A stretch of DNA of 64,000 nt from an uncultured delta proteobacterium (GTDB lineage: Bacteria; Myxococcota_A; Polyangia; Polyangiales; Polyangiaceae). The stretch spans positions 352,001 through 416,000 of the forward strand of contig CAWKKR010000011.1 in NCBI GenBank assembly GCA_963850305.1. Direction: 5' to 3'. Below, in pieces: positions 9,439-18,975 of this stretch. Made by a program: the position numbers and the translations under genes. Below the pieces are notes generated by a model that searched no databases, was not told the DNA's origin, and was given only the letters and a program-made list of their open reading frames with translations. Each line of letters begins with the position of its first letter. Positions within the stretch are counted from its first letter, which is position 1.

Positions 9439-10746
9439 TCAGAACATGTAGGCGGCGCCTAGCGCGATCGTGTCCTGCGTGCTCTTGCCGTTGAAGATGT
9501 TCTTGTCGTCGGCTCCGCCTGCCGCCGTTCCGCTCAACGCGGCGTCGATGCGGAACTCCGCGCGGAGCTGGATGTTCTTCGTCGGCGTGTAAGCAGGCGT
9601 GATCGTAAAGTTCAGCATGCTCGCCTTGTCGAAGCCGGGATCGCCATTCGCTGCGAGGCGCGACCCGTGCGCGTCACCGAAGTATTCGATACGAGCGCCG
9701 AGTGCGAACGCGCCCATCGTGTAGACCGGCTGGAGCCCGAAGCCGTACCAGGAGTCGTCCTGCGGGTTCCCGTTGGCATCGGGTGCGCCCACCTTCGGCT
9801 CCGACCCGAAGATACCCTGGAAGTTCAGCGTGAGCGCATCGAGAACCACGGCGCCGGTCAAGTCGACCGTCAGGCGTTTGTCCTTGTCGTCATTGGTCTC
9901 CTCCGCTCCGTAGCTGCCGGAGATCTGCGCGTGGAACATGCTATTGGGCGCGACGTCCGCATTGAACAGGAACGTCTTCTGATTGTTGTTGTCATAGAGA
10001 CGATCCCAGCCATTCACGAGGCCGACGCCGATGTGTGCCATGCCCCCGCCGAGGGCGTAATTGATCTTCGCGCCGGTGTGGGTGAGCGGCTCGGCAAGGT
10101 TGAACAGGAAGCCGCGCGTGATGGTCGGGTTGAGTGGGCCGTCGATGACCTCGATGCCGTTCAGCGTGACGAACTTGCCGGCCTGGAACGTGAAATCGCC
10201 CGGCGTCCACTTCACGTATGCTTCGCGAACGTCCGCCGGAACCCCGCTCACGGGACCCGACTGGTTTCCGGCGTAATTGTAGTTGTCGAGCTCAGCATCG
10301 CTACCGAAGTCGAGCGAAACGAACGCGCTGGCTTCGGAGCTGAACGAGTGGCTCACGGCGAGATGCGCCGCATGGAGGAGGAATCCGCCTGGCGCATCGT
10401 ATGAACGGAGCGCCGCTCCCGTGTCGTAGCTGTTCTTGCTGATGTTGAGGTGGTAGCCGGCGTCGACGTACCCGGCGATGGTCGCCGTCGGTGCGGGGGC
10501 TTCCGCTGGCGGCGGGGGCGCCGCGGCGGCCGGTGCCGGAGCTGCGGCCGCGGGAGCGGGTTCCGGCGCCGCAGCCGGCGCTGCCGGTGCGGGTTCCGGC
10601 GCGGCCGCGGGCGCTGCGGCAGGAGCGGGTTCCGGCGCTGCTGCTGGCGCGGCAGCAGGCGCCGTGGCCTGGGCGAACGCACTGATGGGATAAATGACGC
10701 CGGCGATCGCCAGCGAAAGCCCTAGTCTCATGCTCGTTGCTTTCAT
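9439..10746 (-). CDS. Outer-membrane beta-barrel protein (putative porin-2/OmpL-like) with a Pro/Ala-rich N-terminal linker
   Basis: Signal peptide (..AFA-QA), AAPEPAP repeats, motifs GYVD..Y, GKF.T..G.E.I, P.THTG, NGWD and LRAEFR.D, and a C-terminal Phe. Confidence 0.8.
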   Translation of the reverse strand: MKATSMRLGLSLAIAGVIYPISAFAQATAPAAAPAAAPEPAPAAAPAAAPEPAPAAPAAAPEPAPAAAAPAPAAAAPPPPAEAPAPTATIAGYVDAGYHLNISKNSYDTGAALRSYDAPGGFLLHAAHLAVSHSFSSEASAFVSLDFGSDAELDNYNYAGNQSGPVSGVPADVREAYVKWTPGDFTFQAGKFVTLNGIEVIDGPLNPTITRGFLFNLAEPLTHTGAKINYALGGGMAHIGVGLVNGWDRLYDNNNQKTFLFNADVAPNSMFHAQISGSYGAEETNDDKDKRLTVDLTGAVVLDALTLNFQGIFGSEPKVGAPDANGNPQDDSWYGFGLQPVYTMGAFALGARIEYFGDAHGSRLAANGDPGFDKASMLNFTITPAYTPTKNIQLRAEFRIDAALSGTAAGGADDKNIFNGKSTQDTIALGAAYMF

Positions 10747-11105
10747 GATTTGGTTCACTCCTACGCGCCTGCGAACATTTTTCGCGGGTATTTTTGAAAT
10801 GCGAATCGCTCGCGCAACCGGAGTGTGCGCATGCCATGTTTCTCGAGCGTTTCGCAAGTGCAACGTATGCGGGCAGCCGTTGAATCGTACGACGGCATTG
10901 CGTTGAGAGCGGACGCTACTCGAAACCGTTCTCGCGGAGTCGCGGTGACAATGCGCGCCAAGTCGCTCGTTTTTGGCTCGATTCGCGATTCTGGGGCGCT
11001 GTCGATGGCGAACGGCGCCGAACCGCGAAGGACCTTACACAACGCGCCCGGCAACCGTGCTTGCCGAACCTCAGCCGACCCCAGCGGTGGTCGCACACGA
11101 AGGAG

Positions 11106-12903
11106 TCACTTCGTCGTCACGGCCGCGCGATAGCGCCGCCATCCGCCGAAGTGGGTGATGTCCATCGCATCCCGCAGCGCGTGCGGTTCACATACGAAGC
11201 CACTCACGCGCATTCCGTCCTCCAGCAAGACGGTTCCGATCGCCAGCGGCGCCGGTACTTCGTCGACGAAGCTTCCGAACGCGGCTTCGTCGAGCGACCA
11301 CACCTCGACTTCGATCCCCGCTCCGACGAAGTCCGGATCGTAGACCAGGCCTGGCTTCGGCGGCTCCGTGCGCAGCGCGTAAAATCGGTAGTGCTCCGAG
11401 GTACGACACGAGCGAACGAGGTGCCCACGGCGGCTCGTGAGCTGGTGATTGAGCGGCTCCCCCGCGAGGTGCGCGCCCGCGACCGCGATGAGGAGATCAC
11501 CGTCGCGACCGGACGGCACTTCCGCACCGAGAACGGGCTCGTCCGTGATGCCGACATTTCCGCCGTAGCTCGCGTGAAGGCGTGACGCCAGGAGCGCGAG
11601 GTCCCGATCCGCGAACGCAGGGGCGACGAGCGTAACGCCGGATGGAAGACCGTCGGGACGAAGTCCCGCGGGGATCGCGATGGCGGACAGATCCATCAGG
11701 TTGACGAAGTTCGTGTAATGGCCGAGTCGCGTGTTGCACTCGACGGGAGCGTGCTCCACGTCGACGACCGTGTACGTCGTCGGCACGGTCGGGACGAGCA
11801 GGACATCCATCTTCTTCCACTCGGCTTCCGCGCGACGAAGAGCGTCGGCGAGCCGGTACATGCCTTCGAACACGTCCCTCGCAGAGAAACCGCGCGCGCC
11901 CTCGAGAATCGTGCGAACGATCGGCTGGATCGCGCCGGGCTCCTTCTCGAGCAGCGCACCCGCCGCGAAGAGCCGCTCGGCGACCCACGGTCCGCCGTAG
12001 AGCAAGCCGGCTGCGTCACGAAACGGCGCGAAGTCGATCTCGACGGACACGGCGCCGAGTGCCTCGACCTGACGCACGGCTCGTTCGTAGAGCTGCGCCG
12101 CGGCGGCATCGCCGAAGAACTCGAGATCCGAATGCCGCGGGACGCCGACGCGCAGCGGTTCGGAAAAGCGAATCTCTCGCGCGCGATTCTCGTCCCGCGA
12201 GTAACGATCTTCGACGTCGAAAGCCGACACGACGTCGAGGACGGTTCGAGCGTCCGCGACGCTGCCGGCGAAGATCGACACGACGTCCAGCGACCGGCAC
12301 GCGGGCACGACGCCGCGCGTGCTGACGAGGCCGCGCGTCGGTTTGAGACCGACGACGTTGTTGAGAGCCGCGGGAACCCGACCGGAGCCTGCCGTGTCCG
12401 TGCCGAGCGCGAATGACGTGAGACCGTGCGCAACGGCGAGCGCGGAACCCGAGCTCGAACCGCCGGAGATGTACCGCGGATCGAATGCGCTCCGGCAAAT
12501 GCCGTACGGCGAGCGTACGCCCACCAGCCCGGTGGCAAACTGGTCGAGGTTCGTTTTGCCGAGCACGATCGCGCCCGCCGCGACCAGCCGCTCGACGGAC
12601 GCCGCGGAGCGTGCTGGCACGTACTCGAACGCCGGGCACCCCGCGGTCGTCGGGAGACCGGCGACGTCGATGTTGTCCTTCACGGCGAAGGGCACGCCGA
12701 AGAGCGGCAAGGACTCGCCCTTCGCTCTTCGTGCTCCCGCCGTGGCGAGCTGCTCCAGGAGCGCGTCGAGCGACAGGCGATGAATCCGAGATCTCCCGCG
12801 GCGCGTGGTCGGCACGACGGTGCACCTCGGCCAGCACGTCTCGCGCGGTGCTCGGTTGCGCGGCGTACCGCGCGCGCAGCGTTGCCAGCTGAAGTCGAAC
12901 CAT
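11106..12903 (-). pseudogene. atzF: Allophanate hydrolase with a 1-bp frameshift near 12789
   Basis: Amidase signature (PFAVKDNID, GKTNLDQFATGLVG, GGSSSGS, GTDTAGSGRVPA) and the C-terminal VAGAHL..PLN domain. The N-terminal ~38 aa (ATG 12903, MVRLQLATLR) are in another frame; the junction ATC TCGG ATT would read IWI without the extra base. Confidence 0.9.
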
Positions 12904-12911
12904 CTCTGCGA

Positions 12912-13262
12912 TCAGAAGCGCACCGGCCGTTCCCAGATTACCAGTACCACGCAACCGGAGGGGCTCGTTACATCGTGATGAGAGCCGGGCGCGTTGATGA
13001 TCAACGTCCCCGGACCGTACGTGCCGCGTTCGTCGCGCTGTTCGCCCTCGAGCACGAAGATGTGCTCGTAGCCGGTGTGTTCGTGTCGAGGCAGACTGGC
13101 GCCCGGTGCGTAGCGGAGGACGGCAGCGGCGGCAGCGGCACCGGGGGTGCCGTAAATCGGCTTGAGCTCCACGCCAGGACGGAATGGCTGGAATTCTCCG
13201 TGCGAGCGAGCGAGGGCCGAAAGCACGAAGACCCGGGAGGAGGGTTCGTTCGGGCTCAGCAT
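12912..13262 (-). CDS. ChrR-like cupin domain protein
   Basis: LLRY.PGA..P.H.H.GYEHIFVLEG.Q.DE.G...GT..IN..GS.H.V.S..GC pattern. Confidence 0.85.
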   Translation of the reverse strand: MLSPNEPSSRVFVLSALARSHGEFQPFRPGVELKPIYGTPGAAAAAAVLRYAPGASLPRHEHTGYEHIFVLEGEQRDERGTYGPGTLIINAPGSHHDVTSPSGCVVLVIWERPVRF

Positions 13263-13287
13263 CGACGAAGGCTGAAGACGGTCAAAC

Positions 13288-14829
13288 TCACTCGTGGCCT
13301 GCCATGTGCTGCCCGATCACGGTGAGATCCGCGCTCGCGGCCTCGGTTTCATAGACGATCCGGCCCTCGCTCATCACGAGAATTCGATCGGCGAGGGCGA
13401 AGATCTCGTCGAGATCGGCGCTGACGAGCAGCACGGCCGCTCCGGAGTTGCGCGCCTGAAGGATGCGCGAGCGAATCTCCGCGACGGCCGCGAAGTCCAG
13501 CCCGAAGCAAGGGTTCGCGGCGATGAGGAGGGCTACCTCGCCATCGAGCTCGCGCGCGAGCACGGCGCGCTGAACGTTACCGCCGGAGAGCGTCGAGATC
13601 GGCACGTCCGGCGACGGGGTCCGGATGTTGAAGCTTGCGATCGCACCGAGCGCGGCACTCCGTAGCGCCTTGCGATCGAGACCCCAGCGCGCCACGGTGA
13701 ACGGCGCGGTGTCATACACGCGAAGCCCGATATTCTCGGACACCGCCATCTGCGGCACGCAAGCGTTCCGGAGCGGCGCTTCCGGCAAGAGCCGCACCTT
13801 GGAGGTACGAATCTCCCGGCGGGTTGCCGTGTAGTCCTTGCCCGCCACCCGAAGGTGGCCGGAGATCGACGGACGCTGTCCCGCCAGCACCTCGATGAGC
13901 TCGTCCTGGCCGTTCCCCGAGACGCCGGCGATGCCGACGATTTCACCGCGGCGGACGCTCAATTCGATGCCGTTCAGCACGGGTACGCCGATGTCGTCGA
14001 GCGCGTGCAGATCTCCGACGGTCAGCACCGCTTCTCCCGGCGGGGCCGACGACCGCTCCGCGGACGCCTTGGGCGGCTCGGAACCGACCATCATCTCCGC
14101 CATCTGGGCGGGCGTCAGATCCGCGACGCGACCGCGGCCGACGACGGCGCCGCGCCGGAGCACCGTGACTTCGTCCGCGAAGCCGATCACTTCACGGAAC
14201 TTGTGCGTGATCATGAGCACACTGATCCGCTTCTCCGACGCCATCCGGCGGAGTAACCCGAGAACCTCGTCTGCTTCGGAAGGCGTCAGCACGCTGGTCG
14301 GCTCGTCGAGGATGACGATGCGGCTCTCGAGGTAGAGCTGCTTCAAGATCTCGAGTTTTTGCTTTTCGCCCGCCGCGAGCTGGCGCACGAGCCGGCGCGG
14401 GTCGATCTTGAATGGCATCGTCGACATGAAGGTGTCGATGTGCCGGTGTTCGCTCGCCCAATCGATGATTCTCGGGAGCTCCGCTCGCGAGAGAACGAGG
14501 TTCTCCGCGACGGACATGTTCTCGACGAGCGTGAAGTGCTGGTACACCATCCCGATCGCATGCCGCTGCGCGTCCTTCGGGCTGTTCAGCTCGATGGTCT
14601 TGCCCCCCACGCGGATGCTCCCTCCATCCGCGTGGTAGAAGCCCATGATGCATTTGACCAGCGTGCTCTTGCCCGCTCCGTTTTCGCCGAGCAGGGCGTG
14701 AACACTGCCCGGTTCCAGTCGCAGGTTCGCGCGATCGAGAACGGTGATTCCACCGAACTGCTTGGTCACGTCCTCCGCTTCGAGGAGCGGCGGCGGAGTC
14801 GGGACGGCGACCGCGAGCGCAGCGCTCAT
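13288..14829 (-). CDS. ABC transporter ATP-binding protein with two ABC domains (CUT2/nucleoside type)
   Basis: GENGAGKS, ILDEPT, LSGGNVQR and VSADLDE. Confidence 0.93.
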   Translation of the reverse strand: MSAALAVAVPTPPPLLEAEDVTKQFGGITVLDRANLRLEPGSVHALLGENGAGKSTLVKCIMGFYHADGGSIRVGGKTIELNSPKDAQRHAIGMVYQHFTLVENMSVAENLVLSRAELPRIIDWASEHRHIDTFMSTMPFKIDPRRLVRQLAAGEKQKLEILKQLYLESRIVILDEPTSVLTPSEADEVLGLLRRMASEKRISVLMITHKFREVIGFADEVTVLRRGAVVGRGRVADLTPAQMAEMMVGSEPPKASAERSSAPPGEAVLTVGDLHALDDIGVPVLNGIELSVRRGEIVGIAGVSGNGQDELIEVLAGQRPSISGHLRVAGKDYTATRREIRTSKVRLLPEAPLRNACVPQMAVSENIGLRVYDTAPFTVARWGLDRKALRSAALGAIASFNIRTPSPDVPISTLSGGNVQRAVLARELDGEVALLIAANPCFGLDFAAVAEIRSRILQARNSGAAVLLVSADLDEIFALADRILVMSEGRIVYETEAASADLTVIGQHMAGHE

Positions 14830-15524
14830 CGCACGGCCTCGAGCAGCGCGGTCGATGTGGAGACGGCTCCGAAGACGCCGTTTTGCATCGTGACCATCTT
14901 CAGCGCCGCCGCGTGGTTGCCCGTATCCGTCGCCGCGCAGCAATCGGACAGGATCACGCACTCGTAGCCGCGATCGTTCGCGTCGCGCATCGTCGTGTGG
15001 ACGCAGACGTCGGTCGTGATGCCCGTGAGCACGACGTTCCGGACGCCGCGCAGGCGCAAGATCATGTCGAGATCCGTCGCATAGAACGATCCCTTGCCGG
15101 GCTTGTCGATGATGGGTTCTCCATCCCTCGGATAGAGCTCCGGAATGATGTCCCACCCCGGCTCACCGCGGACGAGCACGCGCCCGCACGGACCCGGGTC
15201 CCCGATGCCGGTCTGCGGCGGTCCTTCCGCACCGTCTCGACGGCGCGAACGCCACCTCTTGTTCGCCGGAAGATCCGCGAGGTCGGGCCTGTGCCCTTCA
15301 CGGGTATGAATGACGTGGAACTTCTTCTCGCGCATCGCCGCGAGGAGCCGCGAAATGGGCTCTATGCAAGCGCGGGTGATGGAGATGTCGTAGCCGAGCA
15401 GATCGATGTAGCCGCCCTTGCCGCAAAAATCGGTCTGCATGTCGATGACGACGAGCGCCGTGTTCTGAGGGCGAAGGTCGCCGTCGAAGGGCCAGGGGTA
15501 AGGGTTTGCAGCGACGAACGTCAC
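14826..15524 (-). CDS. biuH: Biuret hydrolase (isochorismatase-like cysteine hydrolase)
   Basis: PYPWPFDG, IDMQTDFCGKGGY, HTREGHRPDLADLPANKRWRS, DKPGKGSF, GITTDVC and MQNGVFG, with a D-K-C triad. Sits in an operon with atzF. Confidence 0.88.
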   Translation of the reverse strand: MTFVAANPYPWPFDGDLRPQNTALVVIDMQTDFCGKGGYIDLLGYDISITRACIEPISRLLAAMREKKFHVIHTREGHRPDLADLPANKRWRSRRRDGAEGPPQTGIGDPGPCGRVLVRGEPGWDIIPELYPRDGEPIIDKPGKGSFYATDLDMILRLRGVRNVVLTGITTDVCVHTTMRDANDRGYECVILSDCCAATDTGNHAAALKMVTMQNGVFGAVSTSTALLEAVR

Positions 15525-15540
15525 GACATCTGTCCTTTCG

Positions 15541-16467
15541 TCACCGACCCACCGCGAGCTCGGCCGGCATGTCCGCGGACGTTTGCGTCGCGGAGCTGCT
15601 CATCAACATGATCACGAGCGTCAACACGTACGGGGCCGCGTTGAACAGGTAATATCCGGACGTGATCCCGACGGACTGGAGCGCGGGTCCGAGGGCGCTC
15701 GCGCCGCCGAACAGGAGGGAGGCGTACAGGCAGCGTATCGGATCCCACCGAGCGAAGATGACCAGTGCGACGGCCATGAGCCCCTGGCCGCTCGAGAGCC
15801 GTTCGTTCCAGCTCCCGGGATAGAAGAGGGACAGAAACGAGCCGCCGACGCCGGCGAAGAATCCGCCGGCCATGGTGGCGTACAGACGCACGCGATTCAC
15901 GTCGTATCCCATCGCGCGAGCCGCTTCCGCGCTCTCACCGACGATGCGAAGGATCAAACCCCACCGCGTCTTCTTGAAGAACCAGAGCATCGCGGGAGCG
16001 AGCACGAGCCCGACGATGAAGAGACCATTCACATCGAGCGCCGAACGCACTTGCTCGTCTTTCGCCCAGAACCCGAACGGAACGGCACCGAGGTGCGGCG
16101 CAACCGGCTGGATGAACGGCTTCCCGAGGTAAAACGCGAGACCGACCCCGAGTAGCATCATGGCGATGCCGAGGGCGATGTCGTTCACGCGCGGCTTCGA
16201 CGCCAGGTAGCCGTGGAGCGCGCCGAACGGCACGCCGAGGAGCCCTGCCGCGAGCACGCCCAGCCAGGGCGATCCGGTCTCGTACGCGACGCCGTACGCT
16301 CCCATGGCTCCCATGACGAGCGTGCCTTCGAGCCCGAGGTTGATACGCCCGCTCTTTTCGGTGAGGCATTCGCCGAGACTCACGAAGAGGAACGGCGTGC
16401 TGATGCGGATCGCGCCGCCCAGAATCCCGAGCGGGACGCCCCACCAGCCCAGTGAGGTCGCGTCCAT
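15541..16467 (-). CDS. ABC transporter permease (BPD_transp_2)
   Basis: GE..EKSG.INLGLEG, multiple TM segments, and G.G..AVALVIFARW.P. Confidence 0.92.
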   Translation of the reverse strand: MDATSLGWWGVPLGILGGAIRISTPFLFVSLGECLTEKSGRINLGLEGTLVMGAMGAYGVAYETGSPWLGVLAAGLLGVPFGALHGYLASKPRVNDIALGIAMMLLGVGLAFYLGKPFIQPVAPHLGAVPFGFWAKDEQVRSALDVNGLFIVGLVLAPAMLWFFKKTRWGLILRIVGESAEAARAMGYDVNRVRLYATMAGGFFAGVGGSFLSLFYPGSWNERLSSGQGLMAVALVIFARWDPIRCLYASLLFGGASALGPALQSVGITSGYYLFNAAPYVLTLVIMLMSSSATQTSADMPAELAVGR

Positions 16468-17549
16468 CACACCACCGCGAGCTTCTTGGCGGGCTCCGTT
16501 TCGACGGCGGCCCGCGGCTTGAAGACGGCCAGCTTGCCGTAAAGCGACTCGCTCGCGAGGATCATCACGAACAGGATTCCCTGGAGCACGCCCACCGTCG
16601 CGTCGGGCAGATCGAACACGCGCTGGAGCAAACCGCCGCTCGCGTTGATGCCTCCGAGCAAGAGCGATACCGGAATGATGGCGAGCGGGTTCTGCCGCGC
16701 CAGGAATGCAACGAGGATCCCCGCATAACCGTAGCCCGCGACGAGCGAGGCGTTCGCGCAGCCATGAACGGCCGCCACCTCCACCATTCCCGCGACCCCC
16801 GCGGCTCCGCCCCCGAGGAAACACGCGATCAAGATGAGCCGGCCGACGTGGAGCCCGGCGAGACGCGCCGCGCGTAGATTACCGCCGACGATCGACGCCG
16901 AGAACCCGAATACCGTGCGCATCATGAGCACGTACGCGACGACACACGCGATGAGCCCGAACCCCAGGCCCCAATGCACTTCCATCCCCGGCATCGAGCC
17001 GAGTGCGTAGGCGTCCGCGATGTGACGCGTCGAGGGCTTGTTCAAGCTCGACGGGTCGCGCAACGGACCTTCCACGAAGTGATTCAACAGTGCGATCGCG
17101 ATGTACGTGAGGAGCAGACTGCTGATGGTCTCGTTGACACCGCGGTAAACCCGCATCGCGCCCGCGAGACCGATCCACACGCCGCCCGCGACGAAACCCG
17201 CGAGCATCATCAACGCCAGAGCCGTCACGGGAGAGACACCGTTGACCGCGACGCCGACCCACGCGGCGGCGAGCCCGCCCAGGACGAGCGCCCCTTCGCC
17301 GCCGATGATGACGAGGCCGAGCCGGGCCGGAAGTGCCGTGCAGAGCGCCGCGAGCATCAGCGGGGCGGCGCGCAGGAGCGTGTTCTGGATCGAGAACCAC
17401 GTCCCGAACGCGCCGCGGTACATCTCGTAATAGACCGAGAACGGATCTTTCCCGGCGATACCGACGAACGCGCCGAACAGCAGGAGCGTCGCGACGAGAG
17501 CGCCGAGCGGGATCGCAATCGGCTCGATCTTCGCCCGTCCGAAACGCAT
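16467..17549 (-). CDS. ABC transporter permease
   Basis: Multiple TM segments, GVNETISSLLL and GYG..GILVAFLAR.NP. Confidence 0.92.
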   Translation of the reverse strand: MRFGRAKIEPIAIPLGALVATLLLFGAFVGIAGKDPFSVYYEMYRGAFGTWFSIQNTLLRAAPLMLAALCTALPARLGLVIIGGEGALVLGGLAAAWVGVAVNGVSPVTALALMMLAGFVAGGVWIGLAGAMRVYRGVNETISSLLLTYIAIALLNHFVEGPLRDPSSLNKPSTRHIADAYALGSMPGMEVHWGLGFGLIACVVAYVLMMRTVFGFSASIVGGNLRAARLAGLHVGRLILIACFLGGGAAGVAGMVEVAAVHGCANASLVAGYGYAGILVAFLARQNPLAIIPVSLLLGGINASGGLLQRVFDLPDATVGVLQGILFVMILASESLYGKLAVFKPRAAVETEPAKKLAVV

Positions 17550-18739
17550 CAGTTGACCTTTCCGTTCACTCCTTCGACGAGGTAATTCATGCTCTCGAGC
17601 GTGATGTCGCGCTGCGCGAGCTGGGTCCCCGCCGGGACGACCATCTTGCCCGTGTTGTCCTTGATCGGCCCGGTATAGATCACGAGCGATCCGTCGGTGA
17701 GCTTGGCTTTCGCCTCTTCGGCCTTCTTCTTCGCTTCATCGGATACCGCTGCGCCGAAGGGCGACATCTTGATGAAGTTCTCCTTGAAGCCGCCGCGCAC
17801 GAGATGCTCCCACTTCTTCCCCTTCGCGATTTCGCCCTTCTTGATCTCGTCGATGTACTGCGTGTAGACGGTCGCCCAGTTCCACTCGGCCCCGGTCAGA
17901 TAACCCTTGGGCGCGAGCGCCGCCTGGTTCACGTGATAGCCGGTGCTGAAGATTCCGCGCTTTTCGGCCGTCTCGATCACGACCTTCGGCGAGTCGACGT
18001 GGGCCGTGAGCACGTCCACCCCTTGATCGATGAGGCTGTTCGCGGCTTCGGCTTCCTTGACGGGCATCGACCAGTCGCCGGTGAAGATGACGGTCGTCGT
18101 GACCGCCGGATTCACGGAGCGCGCCCCGAGCTCATAAGAATTGATGTTGCGGAGAACCTGCGGAATCGGCTTGGCGGCGATGAACCCGAGCTTCTTCGTC
18201 TTCGTGGTGAGGCCAGCGGTGATGCCGGCGACGTACTCCGCCTCGTCGATGTAACCGAAGTAACTGCCGACGTTCTCCGGGTCCTTGCCTTCCTTGTAAA
18301 GGCCGCCGCAGTGCAGGAAGATGACGTCCGGATATTTCACGGCCATCTTGAGAATGTGCGGGTCGAAGTACCCGAAGGACGTCGGGAAGAGCACCTTCGC
18401 ACCGTCGAGGTTGATCATGCTCTCCATCGTCTTCTGGACGGCGATGGTCTCCGGCACGTTCTCCTCTTCCCTGATCTTCACGCCCGGCAGCGCCGCAACG
18501 GCCTTCGCGCCCTCCGCGTGAGATTGGTTGTAGCCGTAGTCGTCCTTCGGCCCGACATAGATGAACCCGACGGTGAGCGCGGTCGGCGCCGGGGCCGCCG
18601 CGACGGCGGTGCTGCCGGAGGCCTCGGGCGGCGGGGAGGATGCCGTCGCCTTGTCGCAACCGGTGGCGGCAATCAGAAGGAGCACGGGCAGGAGTGAGAG
18701 GGTCGATTGGCGGGTGTCGGCAAGGTCTCGGGTTCGCAT
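17549..18739 (-). CDS. BMP-family ABC substrate-binding lipoprotein
   Basis: Lipobox ATGC, VGFIYVGPKDDYGYNQSH, and FPTSFGYFDP. Confidence 0.92.
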   Translation of the reverse strand: MRTRDLADTRQSTLSLLPVLLLIAATGCDKATASSPPPEASGSTAVAAAPAPTALTVGFIYVGPKDDYGYNQSHAEGAKAVAALPGVKIREEENVPETIAVQKTMESMINLDGAKVLFPTSFGYFDPHILKMAVKYPDVIFLHCGGLYKEGKDPENVGSYFGYIDEAEYVAGITAGLTTKTKKLGFIAAKPIPQVLRNINSYELGARSVNPAVTTTVIFTGDWSMPVKEAEAANSLIDQGVDVLTAHVDSPKVVIETAEKRGIFSTGYHVNQAALAPKGYLTGAEWNWATVYTQYIDEIKKGEIAKGKKWEHLVRGGFKENFIKMSPFGAAVSDEAKKKAEEAKAKLTDGSLVIYTGPIKDNTGKMVVPAGTQLAQRDITLESMNYLVEGVNGKVN

Positions 18740-18975
18740 GGGCGTGTGATACGGGTGCACGCGTTTCCGAAACCTTTCGACGATGAGTCGACACGAAAGA
18801 AGTCGGGGCGTCCTTCGCGCATCGTGGGCAGCCGATTCTGCGAGCGGGCGCAATGATTTTTCGTTTCGAATCGTGTCGGACATCCTCCGTTAACAAGGTG
18901 CGTCCGATGGTCGCGCTCACAAGCCGCGTGCCCCACGCGGCCCCTCGCGCGCCTGCTTTTCAAACGGGAGTGGTC

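Noticed and set aside
18740..18975. Guanidine-type riboswitch or sigma-54 promoter upstream of the biuret operon
   Set aside because: No recognisable ykkC-type motif or TGGCAC-N5-TTGC match was found by eye.
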